Source: Nymphaea colorata
Lineage: Eukaryota
NCBI RefSeq assembly: GCF_008831285.2
Contig: NC_045138.2
Location: forward strand, 16,430,001-16,494,000
DNA length: 64,000 bases
Direction: 5' to 3'
Part shown: piece by piece, positions 40,497 through 55,000 of the stretch
Layout of the letters: each line of letters begins with the position of its first letter
Position numbering within the stretch: position 1 is the first letter of the stretch
The notes under the pieces: generated by a model
Databases searched by the model: none
What the model was told of the DNA's origin: nothing
What the model saw: only the letters and a program-made list of their open reading frames with translations
Made by a program: the position numbers and the translations under genes

Positions 40497-43400
40497 CCTC
40501 CCTCCCCACACCGCAACGAAGCAAGAGAAAGAAGGAACTTTTTTCAAAAGTCAGAGACGAAAGAGAAGCGGAAGCAACCACAAGACGTTGGGAGAATCAG
40601 GAACGCTTGGATTAGGGTTGACGAGGCTACCGTCGGGGTCGGTATGTGCAGCCGAAGAAGGAGAAGGAGGAGAAAGACATAAGAAGAGGAAGACGAAGAC
40701 GAAGTAGAAGAAGAAGAGGAAGAAAAGAGGAGGAGGGAGGCATGACATCTAACATGGCGACAGCAACGGCCGCCTTCGTTTAAAAATGGACGACTCGCTC
40801 TCTGTCTCTCTAGGGAGAGGAAAGGTAAAGAGAGAGAAAAGTAAACCCCACAGAAGAGAGAGAGAGGATCGAAGTCTCGTGGAATTCACGCTCCCGCGTA
40901 GAGCGCGCGTCTGTTGCATGGCTTTCTTCTCATCTTCCCCCTTTTTTTCCTTTTACTGCCTTCTCTCTCTATTTGGTTTTTACGCTTAAGGTCACATTTC
41001 TTTTATCTATATACCACGCACGACCCTATTTGCTTTGATTTATTATATATTGATCCCTTTTAATTATTAAAGTCACCAATTGAAAAGGTTTTCCTTCTTA
41101 CAAAACAAATTATAAAACGGTCTCAATTTAGATACATATGTATCGAGGTTCTGAAAGGTAGTATTTTCATTTTTGAAAATTTTATACAGACAAATAGACG
41201 GAAAATGAGGGACCCAAATGGAAAAACCTACAAACCTTGAGGATTTCTTGCGTTACATCACTAAAAGTTAGATCTCCTCCTGTTCCAATTGGCCAGTTTG
41301 AATTGAATCCAAGAAAAACTAATTTTAGTATGCCGTGTCCCAATTTTAAATATTTGATGAAACATTTGAATTTTTTTAACTATTTTTATTTTATTTATTT
41401 TCTAGAAAATGTTTTTTTTTTTACTGGCTCATCCGAAAAGAACTAAAAATTTTGACACCCTAAAGACTTGAAAACTACTTGTTAAAATTACATCCGCCTG
41501 CTTATCTTCTGAAAATAAACTCAATTGAAGTTTCGCAAGAAACCACTTTTTTTTTTTTCTTTCCTTGGCAACGAAATTTAGAAGGTCGTTAGGTCAACTA
41601 CTTTGTATCAAACATGATGTTGTTGGGCGTTGGAACAAAGTCTATCGGCTTAGATCAGTTAACCCACGAAGTCAATCTAATCATAAATGTGTTTTGACCT
41701 CGTGAACTGTTCACATTGTTAAAGAGATTTTGATGATGCAACGCTATATTTTCTAATCTCGTCACCCATTTTCCATAGAATTATGTTTTCTCAAGTTTTA
41801 AAAGTCATGCACTGTTTCTTTTTTTTGTTCCTTGATTGAAGGTAGAGACCGTTGAATGTATCAATAAGTACAAATTTAGAAATGAAGGTACAATAAAAAG
41901 TAAGTAAAAATTTTTAAAAAATAACTTTTAAAAATATTTGGATGGTGTTTAATGACTAGATTTGTTTTTCATGAAAAAACTTGAACCCACAATGAAGTTT
42001 TCAAAACCAATTAAAAAAAACTTTGCTTTTCGCAAAGCCAAGTTTTCACAAAATTCGTGTAAAGATACGATAAAATTGCTGGTTGAATTCAGATACGATT
42101 AAGAAAAGAAACTGAATCAAATTGCTAGTTGAATTCAGATACGATAAAATTAAGTTATGAACCATAAAACCAATTAAATCAAATCTGATAAGACCAATTT
42201 AAAAAATTCAGATCCGAAATTAATTCCTGTTATTTCGAAATAACTGTCGCGCGTCTTTTCTGTGCGTTTTGCGGGTCGTTGGCCCAGTTCTCGAACCACT
42301 CAATTACAGAAGACACCCCCGCCTTATCTGTATTTCTATTAATGTGCTTTTTTTTTTAATTCATTCTGCTTCGACGTTGGAGGGGATGTTCTCGCGTTTC
42401 GAAAAACACAGAGTTCCACTTTTACCCTTGCAGTGGAGATCCTCCGTTTAACCATAAGGAGAATTTTGATCATTTCCAGCGGATGGCACATGATTCCTTA
42501 CTAAAAGCCATAACAAATAATCTATTCTGCCGTATCAAGCTAATAATATGAGTCATTAATATACATGAGTTGCCTCATACATTTAGCCATATCCATGTTT
42601 GAAACAAAACATGTGTGTGATAGAACAAACAAATTGTCTTTTTTTACCTCAAATTTGAGATCCAAAGTCATTTGAGGAGGTCAAGGAGGATCATTAAGTC
42701 AAGAAAGTTAGCCTGAAGTATCAATATGAAAATATATATATATATATATATATTTTTGTGGGTATGTGTGGCTAATTACCCACATTCAAACTCTCATTTT
42801 TATGTAGTGGTGAAAACGAGTGTTGGTTTATGTTTTAGGTCAGATTTCGAATCAAAATTTGATTGAAGATCTGAAGCTATCAAACACACCCTTTAACAGT
42901 TCAGTAACTCGGTCATACTCTTCACATGGAAGTACATTGTTGTGCTTTATCCAGGACTAAGTTAGGTATAGTCTCACAAAATAGCTCAGACATCGTTAAT
43001 GGTAGGCAATGTGAAGAACTTCCTTGGAAATGAAGTCTATCAAACACAACTTCCTTCGAAATTAAGAACTTACACATGCGGAAGATGCGGGCATGAATTT
43101 TGCAGCGACGACAGCTGGACAAGGAGAAAGGGTCCACTCAAAGAATCCACAAAAAACTGGGGCCCCTTTTTTAAGATAAGGAGACAAAAGTCGAGACCTG
43201 AATGGAATTCGACCTTTTTCCCTGAAAACAATACCTTTAGCACCGGGGGGTTAAGGCATTCTTTTCGTCGCCGCTTTTACTTTGCGCAAGCAGCCGACCG
43301 CAGTTTTCGCATTTTGGCCAACTGGAAGGCCGGCGCCTTTGAAGGTTGGAATATTTTTTTTTTTTTTTTCCCGACGCCGCGACGAAGGGAAAGCGCAGTT

Positions 43401-44839
43401 AAAGGAAAAAGAAGATCAAGAAAAGGCGCCGTTTTGAAATTTAAAGCAACCTGGAGGACGGTCCCGCGAACTTTCGCGGCTGGGGGAAGGACTCTATCCG
43501 CGACACGGACGGTACGGGACTTGCGGGGAGTCCTACCGTGCGATCGCTGCGTATAAACGCCTCCGTGAGGATCGCGTTTTAGTGTTGCCTTCCAAGGTCC
43601 GGATCACCTCTGAAATCTGGGGCGTCGTTTAGGCCTGAGCATCGGACCGGTTCGGCCTGACTCGATAAGAGTAGGGCTCGGCCTGGCTCGAGACCCTGAA
43701 ACCCGGGGCCAGTTGGAGACCCGATGCTATCCTGATAAAATTGATATCATAAGAGTATTTGTGATGATTTATAATGTAGCAATAGTTCACTATATTTTTA
43801 GCAACAATAATTTTTATATGATGTTTTTAATGAAATAATTTTAATTTTTAACCATCTTAACATCATAAAAGGCATGCATAGGAGTCAAGCATATAAGTAT
43901 GCTTTTGCAGAAATAGTTGACTCCAAATTCGTGGAGGTTTTGAGCTGTTCGTTGCCAGGCAATTTGTATTCTTGCTTGAAAAACGTAAATAATTAACTAA
44001 AATTCATGTCTTTTTTGAAAGAACACGATATGTACGTCCATCGATTTGAAAAACGAATAAACAATACCTGTTGGTAGAATGATTGCCGGTGGGGAAAAGA
44101 GAAAGTATGTTGAGATAACTTATTTCTTATTCATCAATAAAATTTCTTTCGGACATTTTCACGTGTATGCCAACAAAAATGCAATCCTGGTAATCCCCCA
44201 ACTTGGTGTACATGTAAATAATATAAAACTAAGTTTGAATCAATTGATTTGGATAACGCCAATGGCAAACTTATTCAATTCAAACAGCTGGAATTAATTA
44301 TTCCTTGAGACCGAGTCTTTGAAGTATTTTCTCATGAGTAGGAGTAGGAGGAAAAGAAAAAAAAAAAAAAAAAGTATGATGTCCAATCTATCAAGGGTCT
44401 CCCCAACCCGGTCACAAATGGACTAGAGCCGCCCTAAGGCACATATATATAGGCTTGTGGAGGCGACTGCCCACACATACATATATAAACTACCAATTCA
44501 TGTAGTAATATTTCATTGTTATTTACTTATTTACAGATTGATAGTCCTTGGAAAGGGACAATTTAGAGTATTAGTGCCCCTCAACCCGAACTTTTGGCCC
44601 TACCGCCCGCCCAACCAAATTGACCTGGCCCATTCTCTCTCCTAATTCTTGTAACCCCAACTACGTATGCAAGCCAATTGAATCCTCCTAGATGAGTAGG
44701 ATGGAGTTCCACCACTTTAGGGGTTTCGAGCTGTGCCGGGATATAAGTGAACTTACAATTGATCCCTTCAACTAATAAGTAATCATATTATTGCGACGGT
44801 ATCAAAACGATCAACGATTAGGTTGTAAGTGTATTTCTA

Positions 44840-44842
<3 letters not shown>

Positions 44843-44907
<65 letters not shown>

Positions 44908-44950
44908 AGAGAAAGAGAGAGAGAAAGAGAAAGAGAAAGAGAGAGAGAAA
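44843..44950. repeat. Compound microsatellite (TA)n(GA)n/(GAGAAA)n
   Basis: Seen directly. Confidence 0.95.
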
Positions 44951-44976
44951 AAGGGAACAACATTCAATGTCTGCGG

Positions 44977-45056
44977 AGTTGGCTAGCCAACTACGTCATT
45001 GACCAGCTAATCCTTTCAGTTGGCTAGCCAACTACGTCTTTGACCAGCTAATCCTT
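44977..45056. repeat. 41-bp tandem duplication, each unit starting with the perfect 16-bp palindrome AGTTGGCTAGCCAACT
   Basis: Units at 44977 and 45018 seen directly. Confidence 0.9.
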
Positions 45057-46039
45057 GAACCTTTTCAAACTGAAGCTTTACATTAATATCGTCGACAATT
45101 TCTTTCTTATTATTTTTGAATTTTAAAATAGCTTTTTTACCCGCTTTTAATATATTAATTAGCCAAATCGATGAACCTATTAATTCATTAAATCGACAGT
45201 TGGAAACTTTGTTGACACTATCAAAATGATAGATGGTTGTTGTTCATATTTCTCTTTGTTTGTGACCTTTCTCAACCAAGTTGAAACTTGCACGTCTTGC
45301 CAAAACAGAGGCGGTTGCCACTGCATTCAAATTGGGCTTCCAAGTGGTCGTTCATTTGTCTGATGGGCGAAGAAACAACAAGGAGCAAAGTTGACTTCTT
45401 CAACTGCAAATAGGAGCCACATCGTCTTCTATATTTTTCAGTATGTATACCATCATAACCAACTTTGGTTTCGTAATCTACTTGTCTCTCATAAATGTTA
45501 TTTAATAGGTCAAGTGACACATATATATATATATATAGTTTGGAGGAAATCAAATAATTCTCTTTATTTTTCTACTCGTGAACTCTCATTGTTGAACAAC
45601 ATTTAATCAGGAGAAGTGCTGTTTGTGTTTGACTTGCCCCATGCAATAGTTGGTCGTATATGTCAAAGAGCATTTTAATCCAAACAACAAGGACAACTCT
45701 TTCTCTTTTTCCCCACATTGATTTAAATGATCATTAATGTTGACGAGTGGAGGAGGTAGCGGTGAGGATACGCCGAATAGACATTATGTCATTGACAAAT
45801 GCGAGATATATGTATATATATCAAGCACATGCCCAACATTTTTAAGCTATGTTTGATTCTAATCTGCAGGCAGACTTGAAATAGTCCAAAAATATTGCAA
45901 TAATAAAAAACATGAAAAAACTGATGTAGATCAAATTTTGAGGATCTAATGAACTGAAAAAACAATATTGTTGATTTTACATCCCTTATAATAAAATCCC
46001 ATCTTCATATCTGCATTTTACAATTTTTTTTAACCCTTA

Positions 46040-46183
46040 GAAGGTGTTAGTTTACCTCAGATTTGGGATCTAAAGATTTAAAGTCAGTCCCTCCTCATCC
46101 TACCTCAAATGTAAGATTTTAGCCACATACTGAGGATCTCATAAAAAACATCTGATCAGGACCAAGGCTACCGAAAACACCCT
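46040..46183. mobile_element. Possible Tourist/PIF-like MITE
   Basis: Ends GAAGGTGTT... / ...AACACCCT with TTA/TA flanks; degenerate. Confidence 0.35.
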
Positions 46184-49100
46184 TATATTTTTAGATTATA
46201 AAATTAAGATAGGCCTCCTACCGTTTATTATGTTGTACCATTGAATTTATTTAAAAAATTATAGCATATTCGTAATGCCTTAAAAGCTTGAACTTAGATA
46301 AAGTAGACATCACAAATATATATATATATAGTAGCTCGTTTAGTCCGCTCAACTTCTTCACCAGCATTACCTACACCGCGTAATTGAGTCTATACGATCA
46401 CCACATGAATTGACTCAAGTTTCTTATTGCCAAGGAGAAATTTCCTTTCAATTGTTAATAAAATATTGAGGTTTGATGCAAGCGTCCATGAAAAAGAAAC
46501 GAATGCTGCAGTAGTAGTCAACCGGGTTCATTCAGTTGAATTTTGATTTTCAATTATTTTAATCGATACCAGGAAATATATTTTGATTGGAAGTTGGAAC
46601 TTAGTCATATACGTCCTCTTGCATATAATATTAGGCATCAAAAGATTAATACTTATTTGGGTTCTATTCTGTGATACTTCTTCTTTGGCTACTTTGTTGG
46701 CCATTAGTTTAAGCTTACTGTAGGCCTCTAGAGACACATGTATGATTCATCATTCAAGTGTGTAGAAGAAATAAAAAAGGATTGAAAAAGAAAGCAAATA
46801 AACAAATTAAGCAAATGGGAACGTGGACAAGCTTTTATTAATTTGCTTACCACTTTCTCATAGACTTTGAGTTTTCTGCCATGAATCCTGCTGCTTCACG
46901 AAACAGTTCATAAGAAAAGCCATGAAATCATATTCCTAACTTTAGTGCCACAAATCCTTGTGCTTTTAGGATTATTATAGAAAACCTGTCCCCTAAGACA
47001 GAAAGGCATACATGTTGGTCTTCCTTCCTTTTACTTCAATTATTTGATCAACTTCTTATTCTTTTTCTGCCAAAACTCAATTATTTGCCAAATGTAAGAA
47101 CCAGCATAATCAGTAATAGTTAAAACTCTTAGTCTCCCTAAAAGATGAAATTGATTTTTGAAAGTCGAAATCACGAACTTGATTAAAAATAAGAGCCCAA
47201 ATCAGGAACCAAGCATGACTATGCTTCGAGAAAAATAATTGCCATTTGAAATGCCAAAAAAAAAAATGCCACTTTCTGAAATTCCATTAAGTTAGGTAAA
47301 CAGTCCTTATCATCATCACCACAATAATGTCATCTAAGACTTGTTCATTAAGCTTGGCATTGGGTCCGACTTGTTTCGAGAAGAGGTCGAAATTGCCTCT
47401 TCCTCCCCCGCCACCTTTCAAGGTCTTGGGATGCTTCGGGACCTAGATGAGAAGCGAGACACTCCTCAATTAGAGTATAGTGTGCATCCTTTATTTTCTG
47501 TCTAGAGGGTATCGCCCATGGAAGTCAAACTGACGACCGGATTTTTACCAGCCCGACTAGCTACGCTACGCTCCTTTGGGCATGTACACACCTGATTTTG
47601 ACATATAAAGATTAAAAACCCAACCTCAATGCAGCCAGGCAAACGATCCATTTATAAGTCCCTACCCGACCTTCCAATTAAGCCAAGTAAGATAAGCTGA
47701 TTAAATTTAAAAACTGTACAACAATAATTATATATTGATCAACGTACCCATTGAAAGATAATATACGATCCATAGCTGAATTCAAACTCAACCAGACCGG
47801 ATCAAACCAGGTCGAGTAACCAACGCTCATTAAAGAGCCGAGATCAGACCAATATTATTAGGCCGGGTCAAGCTCAATTGAGTCAAGTCAGTCTCATCCA
47901 GTCAAGGTTGGGCTGGGTTCAGGCAAGCCGGATTGAACCCGACACATATACATGCAATATTCCTAATAGAATGTTTCATAACAGGAACACTGTGTTCTTT
48001 GGAATGCAGTATTCTATGAATGTATTCATTTTTCAGAAAATATTCATGGAGCACTGTCCCATAAAGAACTCAGTGCTCCTGTTACTAAACACCCTCTCAT
48101 GTCAACGTTGCTTACATAGTAAACGAAAAAAAAAAAAAGAATCCCTCAACTTGAGATCGCCAAGCTGCAGATAAGAGTGAGTGATTCTTAATCTTTGAAA
48201 TTCCGATATATACATATATATATATATTCTGAGAAGGACGCATACTGGCTACAATGCGTCATCTTTCACCTATTCTTGTCTTTGGGAGTAAGGAATTCCA
48301 TGGATTTCCTTGCATTGTGATGTTTGACCCTTAACTACCCTCTCTTCTATTGGATTCTATCTCGATGTTCCCATTTAAGATTATTTTCGTCCTTAGCTTC
48401 CAAGAACTAAAGACTTAACATGCAAGATTTGAGGTTGCCTTTTCTCTTTGCAAGCAATTAATTTTGACCACTATGCACAAATGGGTTCATTTCTTATATT
48501 TTAATGCACGTTGGTAAGTTAAGATCTTGTGGATGGATATTATATTGTTGTTGGTAAGGAATAAACTCTTGGGTCCTATTTTCAAATTAAAACAACATTA
48601 TCTTTCGAAGAACTAAAAATTACAGAGAACTATGAGTCATCGATTTTTGAGACTTTTAGAATACCCACTTAAGTGTTGCAAATGCATGACGCTAGAGCGG
48701 GCTCCCACTCGATAAGAGATGTACACCACATCTATAAGATGGGTCTTTGTAAAGTAAAAGTCACATACAAAAATTTTCAGCTCACGCTTTTGAAGTTTTG
48801 AGGAAACAATATTGTGCCTCTTACATAAAGTTTCTTCCAATTTCACTAACAGAATTTGCAACATCAAAATTTATGGGAAAGATACCTTGAAAAGGCCGAA
48901 GTCTCTCCTCTTTTTTTCCCTATCTTCTGGGTGAAGAGTTGTTTTGAGACTTGGGCGAACTTACAGTTAGTCCATTCAACTCAAGATTAACACTTGCCAC
49001 AGTTTGTGGCCCACAAAAGTAGCACCTATGAGAATTGAACTGATGACCAGCTATGCTACGCCTCTTGAGGTCCAACATTTAAATGTTATCTTTGCCGTCC

Positions 49101-49910
49101 ACGCTTTGATAACTTTGATCAAGGATAGGCATTTGGTAATACCTTACAACTGGTGTTAGGGCTGAAACATTCAAGTGTGGATTCAAGGCCCTTGTCTTTC
49201 ATGCCAAAGTGGGGGTTTGATGTCCTGGAAAATTTCTTTAGGATGGCCTTTCCAAGATTCCAGGACTTTATTCCCATGTCTGACAGCTCTTAGTATGGCA
49301 GGATATAACATTCATCTGATCAGGTAAAAATTATCCCGGGCATCAAACAACCTGAAGAGTGCTGTGATTATGGATCGACAGTAACATCCAGATTCAGTAA
49401 ATAAATGTATTCTGATTTCATCACTATATGGTTAGATTTTAGAAAACTGAGGGAGGGGACCTTTTCAGCAGAGTTGCATCCGAAGTGTTCGATGAACATG
49501 GGCTGCATTTGTTGACATGGTTCATGAAAGCCTGCTTTCAATTAAAAGTGACAGAAACTAGAAAATATACATATATTCACGCTCTCTTAAGCATGAGTCA
49601 TAAGGGGCACAGTTTAGCTGGCCAGATTGGAGAGTCACTGAAAGTTCGGGTTATTTCAATTATCGTGGGCACTATTGCTCCGAACTATAAATGGCGGATG
49701 TGCAACACTTAGTTGATGATTGTACCGCTCCTCACCCAAGTCCTCAAGTAGACCTGAACCCCAGAGACAAGGAAAGATGCTTCACCTTCTTTTGGGGCAT
49801 CCCCTCATAAATCAAGCAATAAAATTCACAATTTAGCAAGAGAAAGTATAAATCTATCTTGAAACACATGATGATACCTCTAAGGCTTTGACTACCATAA
49901 GAACGATTAG

Positions 49911-50252
49911 CTATGTCACCATAGTGCAGGGTGTGGGTGCCGGAACGGCACATCTCAAAAAATTTAGGTGTGGCGATGCAGCGAAAATATTTTATTATTA
50001 TTATGATTTTTAATTTATTATATATAACAGAATAAACATATTATTACAATTTAGTTATTAATGTATATAACATACTTGAATAATTGTATTGCATAGGAAA
50101 ATATCAAAACAACATACATTATATAAATAATTTAATAATATCACATTTTAACTGGGTTCGGGTGTGAATCGGAGCCGCACTCATGTCCGGTGCACAGCCG
50201 ACTCGATGCGGACTCCAGTGCAACAGTAAAATAAAAGAATCTGGTGACTTAG
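49911..50252. mobile_element. Non-autonomous hAT element (MITE), 342 bp
   Basis: TIRs CTATGTCACCA / TGGTGACTTAG (10/11 complementary), flanked by a perfect 8-bp TSD ACGATTAG (49903..49910 and 50253..50260). GC-rich subtermini and an AT-rich core. Confidence 0.9.
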
Positions 50253-51928
50253 ACGATTAGGCTTCAAAGTAAACTCATAAGAGCTACCCCTCTGCGCAAG
50301 TTTAAGCATGCCATGGAGTTTTACAATACCGCATGTGAACTAAGTCTTGCTGCCCGATGTAATTCCTGCTTACAAAAACGAAAAAGAAAGGCTACTGAAT
50401 GAACTGAGGCCATGTTGGTTTACTGCGGGTTTGAGATTTGTGAAGATGATGATATGAGATCATCGAGAATCTCAGATCTGCGAATTTGAATTGCTGCTGC
50501 CTGCTGCTCAAATCCACTCTTTTGAAAACTATTATATTTGGCACACCTGAAAAAAGATTCTAGGAAGCCAATAGTAAGTATGGATTCTTAATGGAGAAGA
50601 TCCTCCTTCTATTTCTCATTAATTATCAGTGGGCTGGCTTGTGCCTATGGGCACCAGATTATAGCAAGATGTTCATCAATCTCTATCTTCTCCAGCTTGA
50701 AATCTTAAATCCAACGCTTTATCTAACTGAACTTTCTTCTGCTTTTGCAGACAAAGCACCATTGTTTGTGGCTGGTCTTGGTTTTGCTTGGTCCATATTC
50801 CAATTATTGCACATCCATGAAGATTAACTTGGTCCCAGACTAACTAAAATGAACCTTTATTTCCTCCAAGCTTAGAATGTGAAATCAGATAATTCCTCAG
50901 TTTTTTTTTTCTTTTTCTTTTCATGTTATCGGTCAGCTTTTTTCCCTTCCTTTTGACCATAAGTATTCCAACACTTGTCCCTAAGCCAATGGACAAAACA
51001 TTTTCCTATGGAAAATGCTTCCGTTTTGCTGAACCAAACAGCATTATTCTCACATGGATATCACACCAATCTTTTTTATAACTGGAAGATTTTTTCTGAC
51101 TAGTTTTTTACATGGTTAGAGAAGAACTGTAATGCACATTAAGGTGTTGTTTTAGCTGCATTTGATTTCTTTGCTTTTATGGCCCCGAGTGCTGCAAGGT
51201 AGAAAAGGGACAGAATAGAGCCGAGAGAAATGAAACAGAAATATTAGAAGGGAATCCACATGCGGACTTGAATTATTGTGAAGCCGTACGTTACTCTCTT
51301 TTTTTTTTTTTGTGTGTGTTGGGGTGAGGGAGGGCGCACATATTATTTTCATTTTTATTTTCTTGCGCTTATGAGTTGTTTGGTAGGTTAGTATACTTAA
51401 CATGCCTTTATTTTAAATTTAATGTTGTTTAACTGTAAATGACGGTAGCTTACCAGATTAAATTTTTGAAATCTTTGCCTTCTTAACTCACTTACCCATG
51501 TGATTGATCATTTTTAATTGTGTAAACCTTGAATATGACATTCAAAAAATTTAGTCTGAGATTGAAAATTGTGAGAGGTTTTCAAAAACTTATAAGGGAG
51601 TCACTTAAATGATTGGTTATCCTAATTTTTAATCCTTGAGGATCTAACTGAAACTACTAGAGGCTGGGTTAGGATTTACCAGGCTATGAGCCCGAGTCCA
51701 GTATAAAACCTTTATCCACTAGCAAAAAAGAGTACGGAAGGTCTTCTGTCTTGCTGATGAAGCAATTATTTCCAAGGATGCTTTAGCCATTGATGCATGA
51801 AACGATGCTTTTGCCTTTACATATGTAAAAGTGTTGGTACGTCAATTTAATTTTTTATAGTGAGAGATGAACTTTAGTAATTTAAAACATGAATAAGGTA
51901 CGCAGTCATAAGACAGACTGCACTTTTA

Positions 51929-52091
51929 GAGAGCGTTTAATAAGAAGTACATCATGTTTTTAGAACACATATTCTTTGAACAAACATAAAATTATATACC
52001 ACGTTTTGTATAGTAAGACTATGGAACTAACGAAATATGAGTTTTAAGAATATATGAATCAAGAACACAAGTTTATTTATCAAACACCCTC
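51929..52091. mobile_element. Tourist/PIF-Harbinger-type MITE, 163 bp
   Basis: TIRs GAGAGCGTTTAATAA / TTATCAAACACCCTC with TTA TSD on both sides. Related ends occur at ~20001 and ~48096. Confidence 0.75.
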
Positions 52092-55000
52092 TTATTGTAA
52101 CATATGAAATTCTGATCTTTTTTCAATCAATGTTTTTTTTTAGGTGATGTCGGTCACACTTCTCTTGACTATAGGAAAAAGGAACACCTCAGGCATGGAT
52201 TCCAACAATTTAAGATCAAAATATCACATTGCATAAAGACGCAAAATAATGTTTTTGTGAATTTGAAAAGTTGGCAGCGCACCATAAGACGAGTAGTCTC
52301 CAGCTGGGATCTGGTGGGGATAAAACAACTGGAAACGATTTTGGCTGGTGGGTGGTTGGTCACCGTTTCGAAACTTATTATTATCATCTGTCTATGATGA
52401 ACAGATCCCTTTGACACTTGCCCAAGTAAAGCTGCTTGAGGTTGAAAGAAATCTACACATTTTCTATTCTATGTGAATAAGAAGGTAGAAAGCTGACTCC
52501 CTGCAGCGCCAAAAAAAAATTTGGCAGTATTCCAGAATTTTCTTTTTTCATAGGGCATCAGTCTATACAACTAAGCAAATATTTGAAAGCCCCTATATGA
52601 AAAAATAAAGAAAAATTATGGGGCTAATATGGCTCTGCTGATGCGGAGAAGACAGATATCTCACCTCCAGGAGCAGTTTCTTTTTTACTTAAACTAGAGA
52701 AAAAGAAACAACTTAACTTTCAAAGAAAGTCATAATATATTTGTCGCCCATGATTGACCAAGGCAAAAGCAAAAAAAATGGTAAAGAGCATATCACATCC
52801 TGCTTTTTCAAATATTGCCGACTGAAAAGTTGCACTGTCCCAGCTGCCTCATGTCCATTCGCTCTACCTTCCTTTTCTTTTTCTCCTTTTCCCTTTCCTT
52901 GTTGACCGTATGGCCATATGGTGGGGGTTCGAAGATGGAGAAGCGTGGCCGAGGTTCCCTGTGCACATTATTGGGCCTTTTGGCCTCACCAAAGCTCTCA
53001 TGCAGCTTACGGGCACCACTTTGGGCTGCCAACTTCAAAGCCACCAACCAGTTTCCTTCTGTATCCATGCTTTCCATTCATGAATTGGGTCCACAAAAGT
53101 TAACAAACTTTAGCTTTAAATTTTAATCAGTTGTTCAATGATTAATATTTAATGCAATCCATTCAACACCCATTATGTCATGGAGCACATTCGTCATGGT
53201 TAAAATCCAGAAAAGGATTGCAAATCCACATTTAGATTGCTTTGTAAGATGTGGAATGTCTATTTTATGTACAATATTATACACACAATCCTTGGAACAG
53301 CTCTTAAAAGCACCTGACCCGCAAGACGGTGGGTTTGTCTTCACACTGATCTGCCATACTGCTTTACAGGTCAAATATGCACGGAAGAGAACTAGGGATG
53401 TTAACAGGTCAGATTTGAACGTAGAAAATGTGCATTCGGATTGGTGATGTGTGTTTGGCAGTAGAGTTTGGATCAAATCAGTAATCCGATGCATTTGGAA
53501 AGCATGAAATTTCACACCGAGTTGCACCTGAAAATGCGAATTTAAATAAATGGACAATCAAATCTTGGGCCAGTGGTTTCTGGTCAAGCTAATTGATTAT
53601 GCAGAGTTGCAAATGCCAAAATCTCACCCACCTCGAAACCGTTTACTTTTCAGAGTGGCACAAAAGGAGGGAAATCTGTAGATCAATCCCACGTTAATGT
53701 CTTATGCACATCAAGCGCCAGGTCTACAGTTGAATTGTGCTTGTTACATTTAAAGGTTGGGAGACCGCTTTCCTCAGGCTTGCGTCGGAATTAAGACTCA
53801 CTCATCGAGCATGGACGACTAAGGAACAATGTAGACGGGCCTGGACTTCCTTTCGTACTGGTGTTCCTCAGAGAAATAACACATTTTTCTTTTCTTCTAT
53901 TTACCAATTGGCAAACTGTAGTGGCTAGCAAGATTTATGCCAATAGATTCTCCTGGTCCTCCAGTGCTTTATCTTTTTTTTTTTTTTTTCATCACGTGAA
54001 AAGGAAATGAATATGAAAAGGCTGGAAGGATTAAACAGGGGCGATTTATTTTCCAGACTTGTAGGGACTCTTTTGCTATCGTTTCAGAACTGCAGTTGTT
54101 TATTCATGAGGAATTTTTAAACAATTACTTGACAGGGCTTAGACAGACCGTTCATGTAATTAAAATTTTCCATGGAATGCTTCTCCCTTGGCAAGGAGAA
54201 TCAGGTACTGCGGAAGGCAACTCAAAAGGAACGCCATGGTGAAAAGAACAGATTCCTTACGAGAAACAGCCTGGAAGAAGAACAGAGAATCCCCGAGAGA
54301 AAATGCCGGAAACGAAGGCAACGGGAGAAGGCATAGGGGCCAAAATTAATAAATAGTTGCACCCTTGTTCTAGGTGAAAAGCTGACGACATCATAATATT
54401 TACTTGACATAGCCGGCATGAATTGAACAAGCAGATTGCTACAAGACCCACATGAGACCCACCCACAAGGTTCCAGGGTCACTTTATATCACCAGACCAC
54501 AATGACTCCAAATGACAGTTAAACAGTGTCGTAGAGTTTAGAGGAAAGAACACGCCAGAGAAGAAAATAGAAAAACAAAAGAGGACAAAAGGCAGAGTGG
54601 GAGGTAGTCCAAGCCAGAAGCCGTCGTATTTATATATCCTTATTGGGTTAAAGAAGAGACTACTCATTCGTGGGGCACAACCTAGCTCCCAATAACCGTC
54701 CAAAATGGACGAATGAAAACAACCCCAATGAACTTTGGAGAAAACATACCCATTATTTCTCTTTTTGCACCTTGGAGCATGCAATATGGGAAGAGCGAAG
54801 AGCATCGTCGATCCCCAGGCCGGCGGGACTTGCGCCATCATACAGCACATTCTATGAGCAAAAGAAGCGTACCGAACCAAAGCAAATGATAATAACTTCA
54901 GAGAGCAAAACATGAGAAAAGCCAACACACTTCTAGTTCTTAGCAGAAATCATACAGAAAGAAACGTTACCCTAATGCCAAAAAGGATCTACTGATCCTG

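Noticed and set aside
42999..43556. 185-aa ORF
   Set aside because: Crosses a poly-T tract (FFFFF), has no recognisable domain, and is explained by local GC richness.
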